NCBI GenBank assembly: GCA_964632435.1
Contig: CAZWEJ010000001.1
Location: 1,052-65,051 of the forward strand
Source of the DNA: an uncultured Candidatus Saccharimonadales bacterium
Lineage (GTDB): Bacteria > Patescibacteriota > Saccharimonadia > UBA4664 > SCTI01
DNA: 64,000 nucleotides
Reading direction: 5' to 3'
Below, piece after piece: positions 10,732 to 18,392 of this stretch. Numbering within the stretch: the stretch's first letter is position 1; each line of letters starts with the position of its first letter. The notes under the pieces are model-generated. The model saw only the letters and a program-made list of their open reading frames with translations, was not told where the DNA came from and ran no database searches. Both the position numbers and the translations under genes were made by a program.

Positions 10732-10789
10732 AAAAAGCGAAATCCCCCGCCATAAATCCGCGATGCGGAAGTTTGACGGGGGTTTCGTT
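10732..10789 (-). terminator. Long imperfect hairpin terminator for the minus-strand orphan gene (possibly bidirectional)
   Basis: CGAAATCCCCCG...CGGGGGTTTCG stem with AAAAA on the left, which is a U-tract on the minus strand. Confidence 0.7.
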
Positions 10790-10801
10790 CACATCAGGGT
10801 C

Positions 10802-11083
10802 CTAGAACCCGAAGACTCGCCGGGCACGTACCCAGCCACTGGGAAATGCGATGGCGATGAGGACTACCCCGAAGAGGGTGGCGCCGATAGCCATGAAGTC
10901 CCTGATGTTGGAGACGGCGTAGAGCCCCTCGTACATGAACAGCTTTGCAGCTGCCCAGCAGAAGAGGATTCCGAGAACGCCGAGGACGAGCCTGAAGACG
11001 TTCGCGGGGCAGACCCACTCCTTGATGCCAATCGCCCAGATGGCGATAAAGGCGAAAAAACGCTGGATGGCGGGGGACACCAT
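10802..11083 (-). CDS. Orphan small membrane protein (3 hydrophobic segments), GC-rich
   Basis: SD AGGAGG immediately before ATG; own promoter and terminator; bases 10981-11040 are 38/60 GC. Confidence 0.75.
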   Translation of the reverse strand: MVSPAIQRFFAFIAIWAIGIKEWVCPANVFRLVLGVLGILFCWAAAKLFMYEGLYAVSNIRDFMAIGATLFGVVLIAIAFPSGWVRARRVFGF

Positions 11084-11145
11084 TTCCTCCTGTAGTGAAC
11101 GAAAGTTGCAGCCAAAACGTATTTCTACGTCAAGGCATGATCAGT

Positions 11146-11229
11146 ATAGTACCACTTCTGTAAGTATTTGTCAATACTCTTATGCTTCTTGGCCAACAGA
11201 TTGACATAAGGGGAAAAGTGCTCTATCGT
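11146..11229. promoter_or_regulatory. Divergent sigma70-type promoters
   Basis: Minus: TTGACA (11174-11169)-17 nt-TACTAT (11151-11146) with extended TG. Plus: TTGACA (11201-11206)-17 nt-TATCGT (11224-11229). Confidence 0.7.
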
Positions 11230-11275
11230 TTTGGGCGAGAAGTGGAATACGCCACGTCTTGATCCAAGGGGTTTC

Positions 11276-11491
11276 ATGAAACGTATCTGTAAGCTGGTAT
11301 TCGTCCTTCTGGCCGCTTGGTTGGCATATCTTGGTATCGAGGCTCACCGCTTCAATCGTAGGGAGAGAAGGGCTCGCGGCTTCAAGCCGAAAAGCTTCTT
11401 CGCTCTAGATTCCAACGGTCGGCTCAGCGAAGTGGATGTCGATAATTTCCTCCATATGACTGCCGTCCTCGACCCCACGGAGGTGCCCTGA
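11276..11491 (+). CDS. Orphan small protein with N-terminal TM/signal segment
   Basis: ATG at 11276 after AAGGGG SD; MKRICKLVFVLLAAWLAYLG; stop overlaps next start. Confidence 0.65.
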   Translation: MKRICKLVFVLLAAWLAYLGIEAHRFNRRERRARGFKPKSFFALDSNGRLSEVDVDNFLHMTAVLDPTEVP

Positions 11492-11700
11492 TGGACGAAA
11501 CCTGCCACTACTGCGGTTCGATCCCTCATGCAATTGCCTGCCCCGAGCACCCTTCGAATGGCACCGGTCACCGCCTCCACATGAGGAGATGGGAGGCTGG
11601 GCGAAGGGAAGCGGCGAATGGAGGGATCTGTCGCAAGCCCGATGACCCGACCTACTGTCTCGGGTTCTACTGGCCGCACGAAGAGGAGGATGCAGCATGA
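11491..11700 (+). CDS. Orphan Cys/His-rich small protein (putative Zn-binding)
   Basis: GGAGG SD, TGATG coupling; CHYC...H...CPEH and C...C...H clusters. Confidence 0.6.
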   Translation: MDETCHYCGSIPHAIACPEHPSNGTGHRLHMRRWEAGRREAANGGICRKPDDPTYCLGFYWPHEEEDAA

Positions 11701-11712
11701 GCCTCCTCAATA

Positions 11713-11763
11713 CGCCCCATCACGGCAAGCATCCCGCCTGTCTTGGTGGGGCGCTTGTCTTTT
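11713..11763 (+). terminator. Hairpin terminator of the orphan bicistron
   Basis: CGCCCCATCA...TGGTGGGGCG followed by CTTGTCTTTTT. Confidence 0.65.
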
Positions 11764-11858
11764 AAACCTTTCTGAGTTAGAATAACGGTATTGAAGTCGG
11801 CCAGCGGGTCGACTAAATTTTTGCCAAACAATTGAATAACAACAGAATAGGAACATAA

Positions 11859-13085
11859 ATGAACGCACAATTTTTAGCAGCAATTAATCATATAGCCGAC
11901 GAGAAAGGGCTTCCAAGAGAGACCATCCTCCAAACCGTTGAGGCAGCTCTTGCTGCAGCTTATAAGAAGGACTACGGTGATAAAGATCAAGATGTTCGGG
12001 TTGAACTCAACGACACAACTGGTGACATGAAGGTGTTTGTCTCGAAAGAAGTAGTTGCCGATGATACGCCAGAAGAGGACTTCAACGAACTTCTACATGT
12101 CCGGCTAAAGGACGCTCTCAAAAAAGATAAAGAAGCCAAAGTAATCGAGCGCAAGGATGATGAGGACGAAGAGAATGTCGTTGGGCCCTACACAGTTGAG
12201 TATGAGGTAGATCCCGGCGAAGGATTTGGCCGAGTTGCTGCACAGACTGCAAAGCAGGTGATCATTCAGCGGCTCCGAGAAGCCGAGCGTGAGATCATCT
12301 TTAATGAGTACAGCGATAAGGTAGACACTCTTCTTAACGGAACAGTTCAGCGTGTTGATGGAAACATCGTATATGTTGATATTGGTAAAACCAACGGGGT
12401 GCTCTTTACTAACGAGCAGATTCCTGGCGAGCGCTATTACCCAGGCCAGCGGCTTAAGGTATACCTCGCGCGAGTTGAGCAAACCGCTCGTGGACCTCAG
12501 GTTGTAATCAGTCGGGCACATGCCAAGATGGTTGAGCGCCTCTTCGAGCTTGAAGTTCCAGAGATCGAAACCGGAACAGTAGAAATTAAGGGAGTATCCC
12601 GAGAAGCCGGGACTAGAAGCAAGGTTGCGGTTAAGTCAAACAGCGACAGCGTAGACCCAGTTGGCACCTTTGTTGGTGGCCGTGGAGCTCGCGTGCAGGC
12701 TGTAATGGGTGAGCTCGGCGAGGAGAAGATCGACATCATTCTTTGGAATGAGGACCCAGAAACTTACATTATCAACTCTTTGAGCCCAACTAAGGTTCTG
12801 AGCGTTGAACTTGATGAGGCTGAGCACAAAGCCGTTGTTAAGGTCCCGGAAGATCAGCTTTCGCTAGCTATTGGTAAGCAAGGCCAGAACGTACGTCTTG
12901 CCGCCAAGCTGACCGGCTGGAATATCGACATCGTTAGCGCCGACGAAAGCAAGGTTGAAGCAACTGCCGATGCCGCCGTCGAGCCAAAAGAAAAGCCAAA
13001 GAAGGTTGACCTAGAAGGTTCGCTGATCGCCGCGGTTGAGCAGCAATCAACAGAAGAGACTCAGGAAAAAGAGGAAGACAAATAA
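11859..13085 (+). CDS. nusA: Transcription elongation factor NusA
   Basis: FGRVAAQTAKQVIIQRLREAER, S1 and KH domains, LSLAIGKQGQNVRLAAKLTGW. Confidence 0.97.
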   Translation: MNAQFLAAINHIADEKGLPRETILQTVEAALAAAYKKDYGDKDQDVRVELNDTTGDMKVFVSKEVVADDTPEEDFNELLHVRLKDALKKDKEAKVIERKDDEDEENVVGPYTVEYEVDPGEGFGRVAAQTAKQVIIQRLREAEREIIFNEYSDKVDTLLNGTVQRVDGNIVYVDIGKTNGVLFTNEQIPGERYYPGQRLKVYLARVEQTARGPQVVISRAHAKMVERLFELEVPEIETGTVEIKGVSREAGTRSKVAVKSNSDSVDPVGTFVGGRGARVQAVMGELGEEKIDIILWNEDPETYIINSLSPTKVLSVELDEAEHKAVVKVPEDQLSLAIGKQGQNVRLAAKLTGWNIDIVSADESKVEATADAAVEPKEKPKKVDLEGSLIAAVEQQSTEETQEKEEDK

Positions 13086-13114
13086 CCGTTTGTTCAAACC
13101 TCTAGTTATGAAGC

Positions 13115-13146
13115 AAAAGAATCCGCCACATTTAGGCGGATTCTTT
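13115..13146 (+). terminator. Terminator after nusA
   Basis: AAAGAATCCGCC-loop-GGCGGATTCTTT. Confidence 0.8.
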
Positions 13147-13225
13147 GGTTGATAGCAGTCTAGCGGTGATAAAATAAGACTTATGCGTGGACGCCAGGAA
13201 GCTTCAGAAGTACCCGCAAAAAACT

Positions 13226-13252
13226 CTGGCACTCGGCATATTAGAGTGCTAA
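13226..13252. promoter_or_regulatory. CIRCE (HrcA operator) upstream of clpC
   Basis: CTGGCACTC-N9-GAGTGCTAA vs consensus TTAGCACTC-N9-GAGTGCTAA. Confidence 0.85.
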
Positions 13253-13320
13253 TATATGGCTAAACGGTAGGTCCAGTTCCAGTTTTCCTACCGAGGAATA
13301 AGGGGAGAAAGGAGCTAAAC

Positions 13321-15813
13321 ATGGCACTAGAGTTTGGACCACATTTTGATAGATTCACTGAAAATGCTAAGCAAAGTTTAGAGAATGCCGATCAAATCGC
13401 GACCCAGATGGCGTCAAGTTATATCGGCACTGAGCACATTCTGTTAGGCGTATTGCAACAGGAGGGTTCAATTGGATCCAGAATATTAAGGAATGCTGGA
13501 GTTACTCTCGACAAAGCGCAAATGGTTCTGAGCTTTTCGCCTAAAGTTATCTCTCATAATCACAAGGGGCTCAGCGAAGCTGCCAAGACCACTTTGACCC
13601 TTTCTTGGCGTATTGCTCGCGAGTTTGGTCAACCATACTCGGGCACCGAGCACATTCTTTTCGCTCTCTTAAGCCACAAAAGCGCTCGTTCTAATACATT
13701 ACTAAAAGAGATGCGGGTCGAGCCCTCGCTGGTTCGTTCGGAGCTGGAGAACTACTTAAGCAATCAACAATTCTTCCCAATGGAAGATGATGGCCGAACC
13801 TCTGGTGGAGGTACTGCCACAGCCAAGAAAACTAAGACTAAGACGCCAGCACTCGATAGCTTTGGTGTAGATCTTACTGCGAAAGCTCGCGAAGGATATC
13901 TAGACCCAGTGGTTGGGCGTGAGAACCAAATTGGCCGAGTAATCACTATTCTTAATCGCCGCTCTAAAAATAATCCAGTTCTTATTGGTGAGCCTGGGGT
14001 AGGTAAGACGGCAATTGTAGAAGGTCTTGCTCAAAGAATCGTTTCTGAAGAAGTGCCAGAAATGCTACAAAGTAAGCGTATTATCATGCTCGATCTCGCA
14101 AGCGTAATCGCTGGTACAAAATACCGAGGTGAGTTTGAAGAGCGCTTAAAGAAGCTTCTTGATGAAGCTAAGGCTAATCGCGAAGTAATTCTGTTTATTG
14201 ATGAGCTACATACAGTGGTTGGCGCAGGTGCTGCCGAAGGCGCTATTGATGCAGCCAATATTCTCAAGCCGGCACTAAGCCGAGGCGAAATTCAAGTTGT
14301 CGGCGCAACCACTCTAGATGAATATCGCAAACATATTGAGAAAGATTCGGCTCTTGAGAGAAGGTTCCAGCCAGTTCAGGTTCCGGAGGCAACCGCAGAG
14401 GAGACGGTTCAGGTTCTGCATGGTTTGCGCCCTCGATACGAGGAGCATCATCGGGTTGAAATTACAGATGAGGCAATTGAAAGCGCCGCAAAACTTGCTC
14501 ACAGGTATGTTGCCGATCGATTCCTGCCAGATAAGGCAATCGATCTTGTTGATGAGGCGGCTTCCTTGGTACGAATAAAGAGAGGCGCGACCAGTAAGCC
14601 GCTTCGCTCACTTCAAAGGCAGTTCAATGACATTCAGGCCCAGATTGAAGATGCGGTAAACGACCAAGACTTTGAGGGCGCTGCCCGACTCAAAACAAAG
14701 GCGAGTGTTCTGGAGCAAAAAATTGATGTACTCCGCGAAAAAGAGGGAGATAAAGAAAACCTCAGGATTGTGCCCGAGGATATCGCTCAAGTTATTAGCG
14801 TTATGACTGGCATTCCCGCAACTAGATTAATCGACAAAGAGATGCACAATCTAATGCAGCTAGAAGACCGACTTGGTAAGAGAATTATCGCTCAAAATGA
14901 AGCTGTGGCCGCAATTTCAAAAGCCATTCGTCGAAGCCGCACCGGAATAAGTGATAGTCGCCGGCCTATTGGATCATTCATTTTTCTTGGGCCAACGGGT
15001 GTAGGTAAGACAGAACTGGCTCGTGTATTAAGTGAAGAGATGTTCCACAGCCGCGATGCGATGATCAAAATCGATATGAGTGAGTTTATGGAGAAGCACA
15101 ATGTGGCAAGGCTTGTCGGCGCGCCCGCAGGTTATGTTGGTTATGATGATGGGGGCCAGCTGACAGAGCTTGTTAGAAGAAAGCCTTATAGCCTAATCCT
15201 CTTTGATGAGATTGAGAAAGCTCATCCGGATGTTTTCAATATGCTTTTGCAGATTCTTGAAGATGGGCAGCTCACAGATGCAAAAGGGCGCAAGATTGAT
15301 TTTCGCAATACAATTATTATTATGACCTCAAATGTGGGAGCAGAAACCATGTATAAGGAGGCTCAGCTCGGATTTCAGGCAGATACTCGAGAGGAAGAGA
15401 AGGAGCTTGAACAGCAGCATGAGCGTGTAAAAGGTCAGGTTATGGATTCGCTTAAGCGCACTTTTAGGCCAGAGTTCCTTAACCGTATTGACGACGTAAT
15501 TGTTTTCAAGCCGCTATCCAAACTGGATATTCGACAAATTCTTGACCTGCAGTTGAGTGAGCTCGCTGGAAGAATTGCCGAGCAGGGATTGAATCTGCGA
15601 GTTAGCTCATCAGCAAAAAACTTGCTTATCGAAAAAGGCTATAACGTCGATCAAGGTGCAAGGCCAATGAGAAGAGCAATTCAAGATTTGGTTGAAGACC
15701 CCCTTGCGATTGGTGTTTTGAAACATGAGTACAAAGAAGGTGACACTGTATCCATAACAGCAAAAGATAACGAGCTGGTGCTTAAAGCCTTATCGCCTCA
15801 CGCCAAAAGTTAA
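13321..15813 (+). CDS. clpC: ATP-dependent Clp protease ATP-binding subunit ClpC
   Basis: Clp-N repeats (IGTEHILL), GEPGVGKT and GPTGVGKT Walker A motifs, UVR-type middle domain. Confidence 0.95.
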   Translation: MALEFGPHFDRFTENAKQSLENADQIATQMASSYIGTEHILLGVLQQEGSIGSRILRNAGVTLDKAQMVLSFSPKVISHNHKGLSEAAKTTLTLSWRIAREFGQPYSGTEHILFALLSHKSARSNTLLKEMRVEPSLVRSELENYLSNQQFFPMEDDGRTSGGGTATAKKTKTKTPALDSFGVDLTAKAREGYLDPVVGRENQIGRVITILNRRSKNNPVLIGEPGVGKTAIVEGLAQRIVSEEVPEMLQSKRIIMLDLASVIAGTKYRGEFEERLKKLLDEAKANREVILFIDELHTVVGAGAAEGAIDAANILKPALSRGEIQVVGATTLDEYRKHIEKDSALERRFQPVQVPEATAEETVQVLHGLRPRYEEHHRVEITDEAIESAAKLAHRYVADRFLPDKAIDLVDEAASLVRIKRGATSKPLRSLQRQFNDIQAQIEDAVNDQDFEGAARLKTKASVLEQKIDVLREKEGDKENLRIVPEDIAQVISVMTGIPATRLIDKEMHNLMQLEDRLGKRIIAQNEAVAAISKAIRRSRTGISDSRRPIGSFIFLGPTGVGKTELARVLSEEMFHSRDAMIKIDMSEFMEKHNVARLVGAPAGYVGYDDGGQLTELVRRKPYSLILFDEIEKAHPDVFNMLLQILEDGQLTDAKGRKIDFRNTIIIMTSNVGAETMYKEAQLGFQADTREEEKELEQQHERVKGQVMDSLKRTFRPEFLNRIDDVIVFKPLSKLDIRQILDLQLSELAGRIAEQGLNLRVSSSAKNLLIEKGYNVDQGARPMRRAIQDLVEDPLAIGVLKHEYKEGDTVSITAKDNELVLKALSPHAKS

Positions 15814-15867
15814 TTAGTCCTTAATTAAGTTCGCTTTTAGTTCGCCTCTTATGCTAATATATTTCAT

Positions 15868-17199
15868 ATGGCTAAAGCGACAATCCAATTTGTTTGCCAG
15901 CAATGTGGCGCCACTCAGAGCAAGTGGTCAGGTAAATGCGATCAGTGTGGTCAGTGGAATTCGTTAGTTGAAACTACCGTCGCGCCAAGACGAGCTTCTA
16001 CAGGGGCGGTCGCTGCGAAACCTCAGAAGATATCAGAAGTAGAGACTAAAAAACTTCCTCGAATAGATTCTGGAATAGGCGAGGTGAATCAGGTTTTGGG
16101 GGGAGGGATTGTCCCAGGTTCAATTTCGCTTCTTTCAGGAGACCCCGGCATAGGAAAGTCAACGCTGGTTCTTCAAGTAGCCTCACAGATTGCTCAACAT
16201 GTGCCAGTTCTATACGTTAGTGGTGAGGAGTCCGCTAATCAGATCAAGATTCGCGCAGAGCGTCTTAAAATTAACTCAGACAACCTTGATCTCCTAACCG
16301 AGACTAATACGGATGTTGTGGCAGCAACGCTTGAAAATGGCGACTATAAGCTGGTAATTATTGACTCGATTCAAACTATGGCGGTTGAAGCCCTGACCGG
16401 GAGTCCCGGCTCGGTTGGGCAGATTACGGCGTCTTCTCAAATGCTACAGGCAGTTGCAAAACGTAAGCATGTGGCAATGATCATTATTGGTCACGTCACA
16501 AAAGAAGGAAATATTGCGGGGCCAAAGGTTTTAGAACATTTGGTTGATGTTGTTTTGTACCTTGAGGGTGATCGCTACGGAGCCTTTAAAGCCTTACGTG
16601 GCATCAAGAATCGCTTCGGCTCAACCAGCGAGGTCGGCATATTCGAGATGAAAGATAATGGCCTGAGTCCCATCTCTAACCCAAGTGAGGCCCTACTTGC
16701 AGAGCGGCAGGAAGCTCCGGGTAGTGTTGTTCTTGCCACAGTTGAGGGGACGAGGCCGATTCTGGTTGAAGTACAGGCGCTAGTCTCTAAATCGAGCTTT
16801 GGATACCCAAAACGTACTGCGTCGGGGTTTGATATAAACAGGCTTAATTTACTGGTCGCAGTCTTGCAGAAAAGAGCCGGTCTCAACTTGTCAGATCAGG
16901 ACATTTATGTTAATATTATAGGCGGTTTGAAGATCACCGAACCGGCCGCAGATCTGGCAATTATTTTGGCGATAGCCTCGGCTTTTAAAAATCAGCCGAC
17001 CGCCCATAATCTTATTTCGTTCGGAGAAGTTGGCCTAAGTGGTGAAATTCGATCTGTCTCTAATGTTGCCGGCCGTATCGCCGAAGCAAAAAAACTTGGA
17101 TTTAAATATGTGGTAGGGCCAAACAACCTCTCACAAGCACAAAACATTCAACGTGCAAAGAACATCAAGCAAGCGATCGAAGCAGCGTTAGGTTCTTAA
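15868..17199 (+). CDS. radA: DNA repair protein RadA/Sms
   Basis: C4 Zn finger, GDPGIGKST, KNRFG motif. Confidence 0.97.
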   Translation: MAKATIQFVCQQCGATQSKWSGKCDQCGQWNSLVETTVAPRRASTGAVAAKPQKISEVETKKLPRIDSGIGEVNQVLGGGIVPGSISLLSGDPGIGKSTLVLQVASQIAQHVPVLYVSGEESANQIKIRAERLKINSDNLDLLTETNTDVVAATLENGDYKLVIIDSIQTMAVEALTGSPGSVGQITASSQMLQAVAKRKHVAMIIIGHVTKEGNIAGPKVLEHLVDVVLYLEGDRYGAFKALRGIKNRFGSTSEVGIFEMKDNGLSPISNPSEALLAERQEAPGSVVLATVEGTRPILVEVQALVSKSSFGYPKRTASGFDINRLNLLVAVLQKRAGLNLSDQDIYVNIIGGLKITEPAADLAIILAIASAFKNQPTAHNLISFGEVGLSGEIRSVSNVAGRIAEAKKLGFKYVVGPNNLSQAQNIQRAKNIKQAIEAALGS

Positions 17200-17259
17200 A
17201 TAAATAGGGCAAAAATTATTAGCAGCCTCCCTATTGGCTGAAAGGACGTATTTATATAA

Positions 17260-18129
17260 ATGATATTTAATAGAAATGGTAAGGACCCCAAAGATAGCGA
17301 AGGAATTTCTCCTCTATCTGCGGTTCCTGCTTTAGTTGATACCTCTGTCATAATTGATGGTCGCATCGGCGATATCTCAAAGGCAGGCTTTGCGCCAGGC
17401 AAACTACTAATACCAAGATTTGTTTTACATGAGCTTCAAAATATTGCAGACTCAAGTGATGCCATGCGACGTGGTCGCGGGCGAAGAGGTCTAGAAGTGC
17501 TCAATGATATGAGAGCTACGGGTGTAGATCTAGAAATTATTGATGACGATTTTCCTGAGATTGCAGAAGTTGACGCAAAACTCGTCCGACTTGGCCGCCA
17601 GCTAGGCGCCAACGTGCTTACAACCGATTACAACCTAAATCGTGTTGCATCAATCGAGGGGGTGCGAGTACTCAACATCAACGAGCTGGCAAATGCTGTT
17701 CGCCCGGTTATTCTTCCAGGCGAGAAGATGGTGGTGAAGATTGTGCAGCCAGGTAAGGAAAAAGGTCAGGGAGTCGGCTACCTAGCGGATGGAACCATGA
17801 TCGTGGTTGATAGCGGGGACAAGATGATTGGCCAGGACGTTCCCACGGAGATTACACGGGTGTTTCAGACAGTTGCAGGTAAGATGCTATTTGCAGTACC
17901 AGTCGACATAAAGAAGATTGGTAAAGAATCAAAAAATAAACAACAGACCAACGAGTCAAAAGTACCGCCAACCAAGAAACACGTTCATCAGACAAAAGTT
18001 GAAAAGAAACCTCATCAAGAACGAAAGCAGAACGATCGCAAACAAAATGATCGAAAACTGCGAAAGCGAATCAGTCCTACGCAAAGATTAGAAAATAGTT
18101 TGCTTGAGCTAACTAAAGGCGACGAGTAA
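17260..18129 (+). CDS. PIN/TRAM domain protein (YacL-like) lacking the N-terminal TM region
   Basis: DTSVIIDGRI, ELQNIADSSD, TTDYNLN, GQGVGYLADGTMIVV. Confidence 0.9.
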   Translation: MIFNRNGKDPKDSEGISPLSAVPALVDTSVIIDGRIGDISKAGFAPGKLLIPRFVLHELQNIADSSDAMRRGRGRRGLEVLNDMRATGVDLEIIDDDFPEIAEVDAKLVRLGRQLGANVLTTDYNLNRVASIEGVRVLNINELANAVRPVILPGEKMVVKIVQPGKEKGQGVGYLADGTMIVVDSGDKMIGQDVPTEITRVFQTVAGKMLFAVPVDIKKIGKESKNKQQTNESKVPPTKKHVHQTKVEKKPHQERKQNDRKQNDRKLRKRISPTQRLENSLLELTKGDE

Positions 18130-18136
18130 GGCTTTT

Positions 18137-18392
18137 CTACCTGCAGGTACTTACACAGAAGCTAGCGCTTGCAGTTTGTTGGCCTGCAGACTCAACATAC
18201 CAGGTGTATCGGCCTGGAGTTGAAGGTCCCTGACGAGTTGTAGATGTGGAAGTAATGTTTCCATAACTGGGGCTGCCGCCTGGGCCACTTACTCGAACCG
18301 TATAACGACCATTCCCGCCGGGTGTCCAATTGTACGTAATACTTTGTCCGGGTTGGAATATCTGGTTACCGCGTGGGCTAATCAGCCGGAAA
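18137..18392 (-). CDS. Ig-like beta domain in the +1 frame relative to the PBP; probable frameshifted C-terminal continuation of the PBP
   Basis: 'FRLISP...GQSITYNWTP...YTVRV...PGRYTWYVES' beta-sandwich pattern; no signal peptide; begins inside the PBP Gly linker. Confidence 0.6.

Noticed and set aside
10732-10795. Integron attC site
   Set aside because: The hairpin lacks RYYYAAC...GTTRRRY boxes, there is no integrase or cassette array, and a terminator explains it.
10763-11204. Plus-strand ORFs 10763-11095 and 10935-11204 and alternative minus ORFs
   Set aside because: They are shadow frames of the GC-rich 10802-11083 gene, which alone has an SD, promoter and terminator.
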